DNA from: Pseudomonadota bacterium
Lineage (GTDB): Bacteria > Pseudomonadota > Alphaproteobacteria > Caulobacterales > Parvularculaceae
Reading direction: 5' to 3'
DNA: 64,000 nucleotides
Assembly: GCA_039819545.1 (NCBI GenBank)
Contig: JBCBRS010000014.1
Coordinates: forward strand, 5,043 to 69,042
Shown: positions 56,161 through 64,000 of the stretch, one piece after another
How positions within the stretch are numbered: position 1 is the first letter of the stretch
Layout: each line of letters opens with the position of its first letter
Notes under the pieces: model-generated
Told to the model about the DNA's origin: nothing
The model's database searches: none
Seen by the model: only the letters and a program-made list of their open reading frames with translations
Made by a program: the position numbers and the translations under genes

Positions 56161-57004
56161 AGAAACCAATACCGCTGATGACGATGCCGCCGCCAGGCCG
56201 CGACCTGACAAGGTGCAGGTCGTGGAAGGGTTTACCATCACAGTGGACCCACCCTTACAACCCATTAAGGCGCTACGCGCGGGCCTGCGCCTCCTTCGTA
56301 ACAAAGAAGATACCGCCCAGGTCTTCGAAATCACGCGCGCCCTCTCGGGGCGGTCGCTCACACGGACTTTCCGAGCGTTTGCGCAATCTGCCCATGGACG
56401 ACGGGTCCTTACCCAAGGCATCGACCTTGCAAATGAATTCGGTGATTTTGACCGCTTGCGATCAATGCCCGAGGGAAGTTTCGGGCGTGCTTATCTCGAC
56501 TTTATGGAAAGCGGTAATCTGGAGACTGATGGCATTACGGCGGTAGCCCGCCAAACCAATGCCGCATTTGACTTCGATGCTTACCCCGAACTGACGACTT
56601 ATTTTCGGTACGCAACCGCGTCCCATGATGTGTGGCACACCCTCACAGGCTATGAGCGTGATGCGTTGGGGGAGTTATGTGTTCTGGCCTTTACCCGCGC
56701 GCAAATCCGCAATGATTCGCTGCAACTGATTGTCCTTATGGGGATGATGGCCCTAAAGAAAGAAAACTGGCGCGTGCCAGCGATCAAGGCGATCCGGCAG
56801 GCGGCCCGCACCGGGCGCACCGCACGCTGGCTCTATGGCGAGGACCTTCTTGCCTTACTGCCGCGTCCATTGGCGGATGTGCGAGACCACCTTAACATTC
56901 CGTATCCGGAAACCTATCGGCAGATTGATCGCGACCTGCGTTTTGGCTTGCTCAAACCGATGGCAAAACGCCCGGCGTCGTCGGTTGCACCATCCGGAGC
57001 GTGA
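56153..57004 (+). CDS. Coq4-family protein (ubiquinone biosynthesis protein COQ4 homologue)
   Basis: HDVWHTLTGYERDALGE matches the COQ4 HDxxH-x11-E metal motif. The ATG overlaps the fba stop (ATGGCTGA). Confidence 0.65.
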   Translation: MAEETNTADDDAAARPRPDKVQVVEGFTITVDPPLQPIKALRAGLRLLRNKEDTAQVFEITRALSGRSLTRTFRAFAQSAHGRRVLTQGIDLANEFGDFDRLRSMPEGSFGRAYLDFMESGNLETDGITAVARQTNAAFDFDAYPELTTYFRYATASHDVWHTLTGYERDALGELCVLAFTRAQIRNDSLQLIVLMGMMALKKENWRVPAIKAIRQAARTGRTARWLYGEDLLALLPRPLADVRDHLNIPYPETYRQIDRDLRFGLLKPMAKRPASSVAPSGA

Positions 57005-57830
57005 AAGAAACGTTTACCGATTGCCCGGGTGCCAGCAGTGTTTCGCGCGTTACCGTGTCGATAGCACCGGGTAGATGCGAGATTGGTTCCACGCAAATAA
57101 AAGGCGCGTCTGGCGGATGATAAAGATGCAGATAGGTCGCCGTCGTTTCTAATATCAGTGTTGAGGCGGCGTCAGACAGGATGACCATGGTGGGGTCGGC
57201 TGCCGATGACGGCACACACACAAAACTATGGTCCAGCAACGCATCGGGCGCGCGCATTGGCAAAGAAAACAGGTCCTGCGCCAGCGGTTTCAGCGTCAAT
57301 CCCGGTGGCATGATTGAGCGTTCATACCGAAAGGCAATTTTTTTATCGGCGCGATAAGGCAGATAAGGGTGCAAGCCAGCCCCCATGGGCGCTGGAGTGT
57401 CATCGTCATTCGTAACCGTCAGGCTTATGGACAAGCCATCTTCTAGAAGAGCTATCGACTGCCGGGCCGACCATGCAAAGGGAAAATGCCCCGGCGTTTG
57501 GCCTGCTGACTTCGTCTCAAGCGTGAGCGCGTGAGTCATTTGTTCGTGTACGGACCAGCCCTGTACCCATCCTTCGCCGTGCAGCGCTATTTCTGGTGAG
57601 GCCTCCTGATGGGTCGGTTTCAGGGGGTGGGCAATGCCGCCGCGAACGATAGGGGCAAATACCCGTCCAAAATAAGGCGTACACGCAAAGCACCCCCCTT
57701 GGAGCGGATCGGTATCCTGATCAGGTGCAACACGCATGAGCGCATGCTTACCCAGAAAAGCGCTGCGAATGCATCCGCCATTCACCTCATCAATGGTGAC
57801 GCGTACGGCGCCGCGGGAAAGCGAATGCAT
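56952..57830 (-). CDS. Aldose 1-epimerase family protein
   Basis: Start taken at MHSLSRG. LHGEGW, GLHPYLPY and beta-sandwich-type sequence throughout. Overlaps the convergent coq4 3' end. Confidence 0.6.
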   Translation of the reverse strand: MHSLSRGAVRVTIDEVNGGCIRSAFLGKHALMRVAPDQDTDPLQGGCFACTPYFGRVFAPIVRGGIAHPLKPTHQEASPEIALHGEGWVQGWSVHEQMTHALTLETKSAGQTPGHFPFAWSARQSIALLEDGLSISLTVTNDDDTPAPMGAGLHPYLPYRADKKIAFRYERSIMPPGLTLKPLAQDLFSLPMRAPDALLDHSFVCVPSSAADPTMVILSDAASTLILETTATYLHLYHPPDAPFICVEPISHLPGAIDTVTRETLLAPGQSVNVSFTLRMVQPTTPGVLPSV

Positions 57831-57871
57831 TGATCGTCCAGAAAAAGAGGGTGCCGGTGTTGTGCGCGTGC

Positions 57872-58276
57872 CTACTTGGGTAGTGCGCTGCGGCCCGCTT
57901 CGAGCAAGGGAATGCCAGCCTCGGTCGGAATGTATATCACATCCTGCTGATTTTCGCCGAGCTTGTTGATCCATAGATATCGCAGATAGCCATCCGGCCC
58001 GCCAAGGCCTTCGGCAACAATACGATTAGCCTCGGCAACCCCTTTGGCGCGCTCTATCTCAGCTTCGGCGTAAAATTTTGCCGCTTCCAGCCGTGCCTTG
58101 GCTTCCTCGATCTGGACTTTGCGCTCATTTTCAGCCTGGGCAAGGGCAGCGCGCCCTTCCATGTCCGCGCGCCAAACGTTCCACTGGGGCAGGATAAACA
58201 TCGCCGCCCCCACAAGGACGAGGCCTACAAGACCCACAAAAATACTGCTGAAAAAACCCCTCATAAGACCCTCCAT
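57872..58276 (-). CDS. Single-TM protein with a prohibitin/SPFH C-terminal-like coiled coil (134 aa)
   Basis: IFVGLVGLVLVGAAMFIL, then AQAENERKVQIEEAKARLEAAKFYAEAEIERAKGVAEANRIV. Confidence 0.5.
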   Translation of the reverse strand: MEGLMRGFFSSIFVGLVGLVLVGAAMFILPQWNVWRADMEGRAALAQAENERKVQIEEAKARLEAAKFYAEAEIERAKGVAEANRIVAEGLGGPDGYLRYLWINKLGENQQDVIYIPTEAGIPLLEAGRSALPK

Positions 58277-58461
58277 TGCCCAAAAATAAGCGGCCTAAAT
58301 CTGTCATTCATTGAAACCACCAACGCTAAATCATAGCACTCCCGGATGAAAAAGACAGAAAAAGCACCCGGCGTCCAAGTGCCGGATGCGCCTGCCCGTT
58401 TTGCGTTCAGCATATTTCCGATAGACTGGCGCCTGTATTTCGGATCAAGGGCGAAAGACTT

Positions 58462-59337
58462 ATGGCGTCGCCAGACATGATTATCATCACGCCTAAGGAA
58501 AAGGATATCGGCGCCTTCGCCGTGCGCCGGGCGCTCCCCGATATCAAAAAGCGGGCAGTGGGTCCGTTTGTCTTTTTCGATCATTTCGGCCCCGTAACCC
58601 TGGGCGGCGAGGATGCAATGGATGTGCGCCCACACCCCCACATCAATCTGGCCACGGTGACCTATCTGTTTGAGGGGCAGATACAGCATCGCGATAGTTT
58701 GGCAACGCAGATAATTATCCATCCCGGTGCCATCAATTTGATGGTGGCCGGGCGGGGGATTGCTCATTCTGAACGCACCCCGGCGGATGTCAGACGCAAT
58801 GGTGGGACCTTACACGGGCTTCAGCTTTGGCTTGCCTTGCCCGAAGCGGATGAGCAAACCGACCCGGCGTTTTATCATTACCCAAAGGAAGATCTACCGT
58901 CGGGCTGCGCTGGCGATGCCGACGTCCGTGTCATGATGGGTGCTGCTTTTGGGCTGTCGTCGCCGGTGAAACTCTTTTCACCAACGCTCTATGTTGAGGC
59001 GACTTTCGCTGGTTCCGGCGCACTCTCCCTGCCGCAGGAATATCAGGAGCTCGCAATTTATGCCGTCGATGGCACGGTGTTCGTAAACAACACGACCATC
59101 GAAAAAGGCCAGATGGGGATAGTTGAGGGGGGAGGTGAGGGGCCCCTGACCATGCAAAGTAATGGCGCGGCCCATTGCGCCGTCATTGGCGGTAGCCCGC
59201 TTGGCCGTCGGCACCTCTGGTGGAATTTTGTTTCCAGTGACCCTGCCCGCATCGACCAGGCCAAACAGGACTGGCGCGAAGGCAGGTTTGGGTCTGTTCC
59301 CGGCGAAACGGACTTTATTCCGTTGCCGGATAAATAA
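58462..59337 (+). CDS. Pirin family protein
   Basis: PFVFFDHFGP...HPHINLATVTYLFEG...HRDS (cupin metal ligands), and a length of 291 aa. Confidence 0.85.
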   Translation: MASPDMIIITPKEKDIGAFAVRRALPDIKKRAVGPFVFFDHFGPVTLGGEDAMDVRPHPHINLATVTYLFEGQIQHRDSLATQIIIHPGAINLMVAGRGIAHSERTPADVRRNGGTLHGLQLWLALPEADEQTDPAFYHYPKEDLPSGCAGDADVRVMMGAAFGLSSPVKLFSPTLYVEATFAGSGALSLPQEYQELAIYAVDGTVFVNNTTIEKGQMGIVEGGGEGPLTMQSNGAAHCAVIGGSPLGRRHLWWNFVSSDPARIDQAKQDWREGRFGSVPGETDFIPLPDK

Positions 59338-59393
59338 GGGTTCGGGGGGCAGTGGTGCGAGATCGAAATTTGGGCAAAATTCCGCGGCAACGC

Positions 59394-61094
59394 ATGCGCC
59401 GGATCAGCGCTCCGAGCGCCGTCGTCCGCGCAGCAATAGCGAGCATTGGCCTTGCTTTGACGATTGTTCCCGCGCTTGCAGGTGAGTTTCCACCAGCTGT
59501 AAATACGGGTAGCGCATGGCGGATCGTGAAAATCCGTTGGTCCGAGGCGGATGAGGCTGGCTACAGCGCCTTTGTGCAACGCATAGGGCGCGCCGATTGT
59601 GTCTCGCTTGCCGATTGCCTGGCCAGTGAAGCCAATCCTTACCGTGACCCTGAAGAACGCACCTTTTATGGCGACTGCGCGGATATGGTGTATACGTTGC
59701 GCGCTTATTATGCGTGGAAAAACGGGTTACCCTTTTCTTATCAATCGGCGATGCGGGCCAAAGACGGGTCTGGCGACACGCGCTATTCGGCCACCGGCAA
59801 CACAATTGTCCGCCGCACCGACGCCACCGGGCCCTCACCGATCAACGGGCCATCCTATGTGGCGGCGATCCGCGGCATTGTTTCAACGGCGATGTTCCGT
59901 ACCCACCCTGATGGCGGCAAGGACAAAGGCGGTGGGCGTTACTTTGATGACTTTTATCCCGTTGTGGTTACACGAGAAGCGATAAGGCCCGGATCTGTTG
60001 CCTATGACATCTACGGTCATGTGGGTCTCGTTTATGACATCACCGAAGATGGACGTGTTCTGATCGTTGCGTCGCACCCTGACAATTCGGTCACCCGCAC
60101 TGCCTATGGCCATAATTTTCTGCGCGCTGATCCGGCACTTGGCGCAGGGTTGAAGGCATGGCGCCCGATCTACCTGGAGGGTGCCACCCGGAATGCAGAT
60201 GGAACCTATCGTGGTGGGCGTGTTCGTGCGCTTTCAAATGATCAGTTAAAAGATTATTCCATGGACCAGTATATCGGTACCCATCCGGACCCCTATGGTG
60301 ACTGGCGCAAAGGGGAATTTATGGTCGGCGAGCGAACGGTGAATTATTATGATTATGTTCGTCGCTCCCTCGCCAGTCCGGATTTTGCTTACAACCCGGT
60401 TGATGAGTTGCGCCAGGGCCTCGACGATTTGTGCCGCGCTGTAAAAGATCGCCGTGTTGCCGTGCGCCGGGCCATTGTCGCCGGGGTCCACAAACAGCCC
60501 CATCCGGCAAAACTACCACCTAACATTTACGGCACTTATGGCGCGTGGGAAAATTATTCGACGCCGTCACGAGATGCGCGGCTCAAGGTAGCCTTTATTG
60601 AATTGCGCCGCGCAATCGAGACCTATGTGCGCCAGGTGCGCGCTGGTCTGCCCACGGTGCGCTATGAAGGCGATAACCTTTCGGGTGATTTGTGGGCGGC
60701 CTACCAGGCCGAGGAAGCAAAGTGCACCCTTACCTATCGGCGGTCGGACAAGAGCCGTGTTCGGCTTAACATTTCCCATGTGGCTGACCGTTTGTTTGAT
60801 CTCTCGTTCGATCCCTATCACTGCCCGGAACTGCGCTGGGGCGGGCGCGGCGTCGAGCTCGACAGTTGCACCGATGGCCCGGTCAAACGCCGCTGGTACG
60901 ATGCCCAGCGATTTTTGCGCAATCAGGCCCGCCGAACCTATGATGTGCGCATGGACTTTTCACTGGATGAGTTAAAGCCGCCAACCATCGCGCCACCGGA
61001 AGAGGGAGGCCTTGGCGTTGAAAGCCCGGCCGACGCCGACTTGCGCGGCTACCTCCTGTCCTTGCAAGGCGCAGAGGGCGTGAATGCGCCTTAG
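59394..61094 (+). CDS. Secreted protein with an N-terminal NlpC/P60-like (papain-fold) signature and a large unknown C-terminal domain
   Basis: Signal peptide MRRISAPSAVVRAAIASIGLALTIVPALAGE. GDCADMVYTL (Cys) and YGHVGLVYDITEDGRVLIVASHPD resemble the DCSG...GHVGIY...IHAS pattern. Confidence 0.5.
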   Translation: MRRISAPSAVVRAAIASIGLALTIVPALAGEFPPAVNTGSAWRIVKIRWSEADEAGYSAFVQRIGRADCVSLADCLASEANPYRDPEERTFYGDCADMVYTLRAYYAWKNGLPFSYQSAMRAKDGSGDTRYSATGNTIVRRTDATGPSPINGPSYVAAIRGIVSTAMFRTHPDGGKDKGGGRYFDDFYPVVVTREAIRPGSVAYDIYGHVGLVYDITEDGRVLIVASHPDNSVTRTAYGHNFLRADPALGAGLKAWRPIYLEGATRNADGTYRGGRVRALSNDQLKDYSMDQYIGTHPDPYGDWRKGEFMVGERTVNYYDYVRRSLASPDFAYNPVDELRQGLDDLCRAVKDRRVAVRRAIVAGVHKQPHPAKLPPNIYGTYGAWENYSTPSRDARLKVAFIELRRAIETYVRQVRAGLPTVRYEGDNLSGDLWAAYQAEEAKCTLTYRRSDKSRVRLNISHVADRLFDLSFDPYHCPELRWGGRGVELDSCTDGPVKRRWYDAQRFLRNQARRTYDVRMDFSLDELKPPTIAPPEEGGLGVESPADADLRGYLLSLQGAEGVNAP

Positions 61095-61196
61095 AGGTCC
61101 GGGCCAGCAGCACCAAAGGTTAATTTGCCCCGGAGGGAACCCCTTTGGACCCGCCGTCGTAACCCTTATATGAACGTCTAGAAAGCGAGAACAATA

Positions 61197-61400
61197 ATGA
61201 GCGGTTTTGTCTTTTTTCTGATTCCCATTGCCCTGATGGCGACAGCGCTGATCCTGTTTGCCGGGATCTATTCCATGGCCAAGGGCGGGGCTTTTGCCCG
61301 TGAACAAGGCAACAAGCTGATGCGCCTGCGGGTGACAGCCCAGGCGATTGCCATTGGGATTATGATGCTGTTCCTCTTTCTTGCCGGTAAGGGCATGTAG
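61197..61400 (+). CDS. Twin-TM HIG1-domain small protein
   Basis: Two helices separated by NKLMRLRVTAQ (the HIG_1_N signature RxRVxAQ). Confidence 0.75.
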   Translation: MSGFVFFLIPIALMATALILFAGIYSMAKGGAFAREQGNKLMRLRVTAQAIAIGIMMLFLFLAGKGM

Positions 61401-61574
61401 CCAATCCGACCATTGCCCTCATTGTTACGCGAAATGCCCCAAGCGGCCGGGACTGATTAAGCCTTCCTTCATACTGTATTGACGCATTGATCCAGTGCGA
61501 CGGCGCGACTATGTTCCGCGTAGAAAATCATTAGGCGTCTTTTCGCTGCGCCCGCCCTCAGGAGAATCAGGTTC

Positions 61575-62324
61575 ATGAAGGTCCTAGTACCCGTCAAGCG
61601 TGTCGTGGATTACAATGTCAAAGTCCGCGTAAAACCCGACCACACTGGTGTCGATCTGGCGAACGTTAAAATGTCGATGAACCCGTTTTGTGAGATTGCT
61701 GTCGAAGAAGCGGTGCGCCTGAAAGAAGCCGGTACTGCGAGCGAAGTTGTTCTTGTTTCCATTGGGCCAGAGAAATCGCAGGATCAAATCCGGCAGGGAC
61801 TGGCCATGGGCGGTGATCGCGGCATTCTCGTGAAAACGGATGACCGGATGGAACCGCTCGCCGTTGCAAAAATCCTTCATGCAATTTGTACTGAAGAAAA
61901 TCCCGAACTCGTGATCCTTGGTAAGCAGGCGATCGATGGCGACAATAATCAAACCGGGCAAATGTTGGCCGCGCTTCTCGGATGGGCACAGGGTACTTTT
62001 GCGTCCAAGGTCGAGAAAGATGGCGATAAACTGCATGTGACCCGCGAGGTTGATGGCGGTCTACAGACGGTCGCTCTTTCCATGCCGGCAATTGTGACCA
62101 CGGACCTGCGGCTCAATGAGCCGCGTTATGCGTCTCTGCCCAATATTATGAAGGCGAAGAAAAAGCCGATAGATGCGAAGGCACCTGGCGATTTCGGCGT
62201 CGACACAACACCGCGTCTGACAGTGGTGAAAGTCACCGAACCGGCCGAGCGCGAAGCGGGGATCAAGGTTGAAACCGTAGCAGAGCTTGTGGACAAGCTG
62301 AAAAACGAAGCGGGAGTGCTTTAA
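61575..62324 (+). CDS. etfB: Electron transfer flavoprotein subunit beta
   Basis: [19 protein letters not shown], and [20 protein letters not shown]. Confidence 0.95.
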   Translation: MKVLVPVKRVVDYNVKVRVKPDHTGVDLANVKMSMNPFCEIAVEEAVRLKEAGTASEVVLVSIGPEKSQDQIRQGLAMGGDRGILVKTDDRMEPLAVAKILHAICTEENPELVILGKQAIDGDNNQTGQMLAALLGWAQGTFASKVEKDGDKLHVTREVDGGLQTVALSMPAIVTTDLRLNEPRYASLPNIMKAKKKPIDAKAPGDFGVDTTPRLTVVKVTEPAEREAGIKVETVAELVDKLKNEAGVL

Positions 62325-62326
62325 TC

Positions 62327-63256
62327 ATGGCCGTACTGATTGTTGCCGATCACACAAATTCTGATCTTTCCGATGCCGTCGCCAAAACGGTTACAGCTGC
62401 CCTTGAACTTGGTGGTGATGTGGATGTGCTGATTGCGGGCAATGGGGCTGGCGATGCGGCCGCTGAGGCTGGTAAGATCGAAGGTGTGCGCAAAGTGCTG
62501 CATGCTGAGGATCAGGTCTATGACAAGCTCCTCGCTGAACCGATTGCCAAACTCGTTGCGGGGCATGCGGACAATTACGACTATTTTCTCGCACCAGCTA
62601 CCGTCGCTGGGAAAAACATTATGCCTCGGGTAGCAGCGCTCCTGGATGTGATGCAGATTTCGGACATTATTGCCATCGAAGACAAAGATACATTCACACA
62701 CCCGATCTATGCGGGTAACGCCATTGAGACAGTAAAATCCGCTGATCCGAAAAAAGTGCTTACCGTGCGGGCTACGGCCTTCAAAGCCGCAGGAAATGGC
62801 GGTAGCGCGGCCGTAGAGACTATTGATGCCGGGGAAAAACCTGGAGTTTCAAGTTTTGTTAGCGAAGAGCTAACCGTTTCCGACCGCCCGGACCTCACCG
62901 CCGCAAAAGTGATTATTTCTGGAGGCCGGGCGCTCGCCTCCAATGAAAACTTTGAAAAATTGATTTATCCGGTTGCTGATAAACTAGGGGCAGCCGTCGG
63001 CGCCTCACGCGCGGCGGTTGATGCGGGTTACATGCCCAATGACTATCAGGTTGGTCAGACCGGCAAGGTCGTCGCCCCCGAGCTTTACATTGCCGTGGGT
63101 ATTTCTGGTGCAATTCAGCACCTTGCAGGGATGAAAGACTCCAAGGTAATCGTCGCAATCAACAAGGATGAAGAAGCGCCTATTTTCCAGGTGGCCGATT
63201 ATGGTCTTGTGGGCGATCTCTTCAAAGTCCTGCCGGAACTTGAAGCGGCCTTGTAA
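62327..63256 (+). CDS. etfA: Electron transfer flavoprotein subunit alpha
   Basis: VGQTGKVVAPELYIAVGISGAIQHLAGMKDSKVIVAINKDEEAPIF. Confidence 0.95.
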   Translation: MAVLIVADHTNSDLSDAVAKTVTAALELGGDVDVLIAGNGAGDAAAEAGKIEGVRKVLHAEDQVYDKLLAEPIAKLVAGHADNYDYFLAPATVAGKNIMPRVAALLDVMQISDIIAIEDKDTFTHPIYAGNAIETVKSADPKKVLTVRATAFKAAGNGGSAAVETIDAGEKPGVSSFVSEELTVSDRPDLTAAKVIISGGRALASNENFEKLIYPVADKLGAAVGASRAAVDAGYMPNDYQVGQTGKVVAPELYIAVGISGAIQHLAGMKDSKVIVAINKDEEAPIFQVADYGLVGDLFKVLPELEAAL

Positions 63257-63293
63257 GCGCGACTCTGAAACTCTCTGAGAGTGGGGACACGCC

Positions 63294-64000
63294 ATGACGG
63301 ACACCCCCGCCCAAGTAACCCTTGCCTCGGTTCTCAATCGTTCCTTTGAGGACCTTGTGGAAGAAGACTATGTGCCCCTGTTCGATGTGGCGCGCGAGAA
63401 AACTGCAGACGCAGGGGATCTCGAAAATTCCGACCTGCCGCGCCACATCTTTCAGTACTGGAATGCCAATCCCGACGCACAGGTAACGCGGCTTTTAGCA
63501 ACGACGCAGCATCTCGCCGAAGATAATGGCGTTTCCTATCAACTTTTCAGTGAAGAGACCGCTACGGAGTATCTGCGTGATGTTCTGGGTACCCGGTATG
63601 TTTCCGCGTTTCAAAAATGCGTTCATCAGGCGCAAAAGAGCGCATTTTTCCGTTACTGCTTCTTGCTGACCCACGGTGGCCTGTGGCTTGACGCTGATCT
63701 TGCCCTGCGCATCTCACCAGTTCCTCTTTTTGAGCAGCCGATGCCGTTTTTTCATCAGCGACGGCGAATTCACAGCCTACTGACGAATTGGTTGATGATT
63801 GCCCCGCCGGGCGATGCCGTTATTGAGGAAATCGTCGCTACCAGCTTGCGCAACATTGAAGACACAGCTTTTTTTGAGCACCATGCGGCAAGACGCAATA
63901 TACCGGCAATTTCCGGATTTCACGTTGTTCGCCGTGCCGCGGCACGGCGCCTGCACGCGGCATTTAATGCGGCGCCGAACGCTGAGACCCCTATTGGGGT
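63294..64000 (+). CDS. Glycosyltransferase with DXD motif (GT32 / capsule-synthesis-like), 5' part; runs off the right window edge and is not in the ORF track
   Basis: Hand translation from the ATG at 63294 is open to the window end. Contains IFQYWNANP and FFRYCFLLTHGGLWLDADL. Confidence 0.6.
   Translation, partial: MTDTPAQVTLASVLNRSFEDLVEEDYVPLFDVAREKTADAGDLENSDLPRHIFQYWNANPDAQVTRLLATTQHLAEDNGVSYQLFSEETATEYLRDVLGTRYVSAFQKCVHQAQKSAFFRYCFLLTHGGLWLDADLALRISPVPLFEQPMPFFHQRRRIHSLLTNWLMIAPPGDAVIEEIVATSLRNIEDTAFFEHHAARRNIPAISGFHVVRRAAARRLHAAFNAAPNAETPIG

Noticed and set aside
50810-56421. Long antisense ORFs over tkt, gap, pgk and fba (50810..51619, 53863..54945 at 360 aa, 53882..54415, 55231..55881, 55930..56421)
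   Set aside because: The plus-strand genes carry unambiguous catalytic motifs. The antisense frames are Ser/Ala/Arg-rich shadows.

Overview
The window looks like an alphaproteobacterial chromosome. The evidence is a split F0 ATP-synthase operon (atpI-atpB-atpE-b'-b), an etfBA pair with a HIG1-type twin-TM protein, and a tkt-gap-pgk-class I fba block with a Coq4 homologue. All calls come from hand-read motifs and remembered family signatures; nothing was searched against a database.

The left 16 kb is accessory.
- A type II-C-like cas9 N-terminus runs off the left edge (1-1259, minus strand). It is missing from the supplied ORF track.
- About 340 bp upstream of cas9 lies a displaced 3' half of tRNA-Arg(CCT). 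This fragment and an intact but chimeric tRNA-Arg(CCT) at 15043-15119 share an identical 16-bp core and bracket a 13.4-kb integrated element.
- The element carries a tyrosine integrase, an XRE repressor, a chain of small early ORFs, an HUH rolling-circle Rep, a 222-aa FtsK/HerA-type ATPase and a 305-aa capsid candidate. It also has about nine small membrane proteins, a membrane-anchored SleB-type hydrolase and a 580-aa spike. It has no portal, terminase or tail genes.
- I read this as a corticovirus (PM2)-like tailless, internal-membrane prophage. It is the most interesting object in the window, together with its position next to cas9.

Further right are:
- an IS630-family insertion with a TA duplication;
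- an RND efflux operon whose outer-membrane factor carries an Asp-rich loop insertion;
- a DUF1902/HicB-HicA pair flanked by 30-bp repeats related to the 3' end of tRNA-Cys;
- an orphan 3TM holin-like gene;
- three hybrid histidine kinases;
- ordinary housekeeping genes.

No CRISPR array, rRNA gene or other defence operon is visible inside the window.
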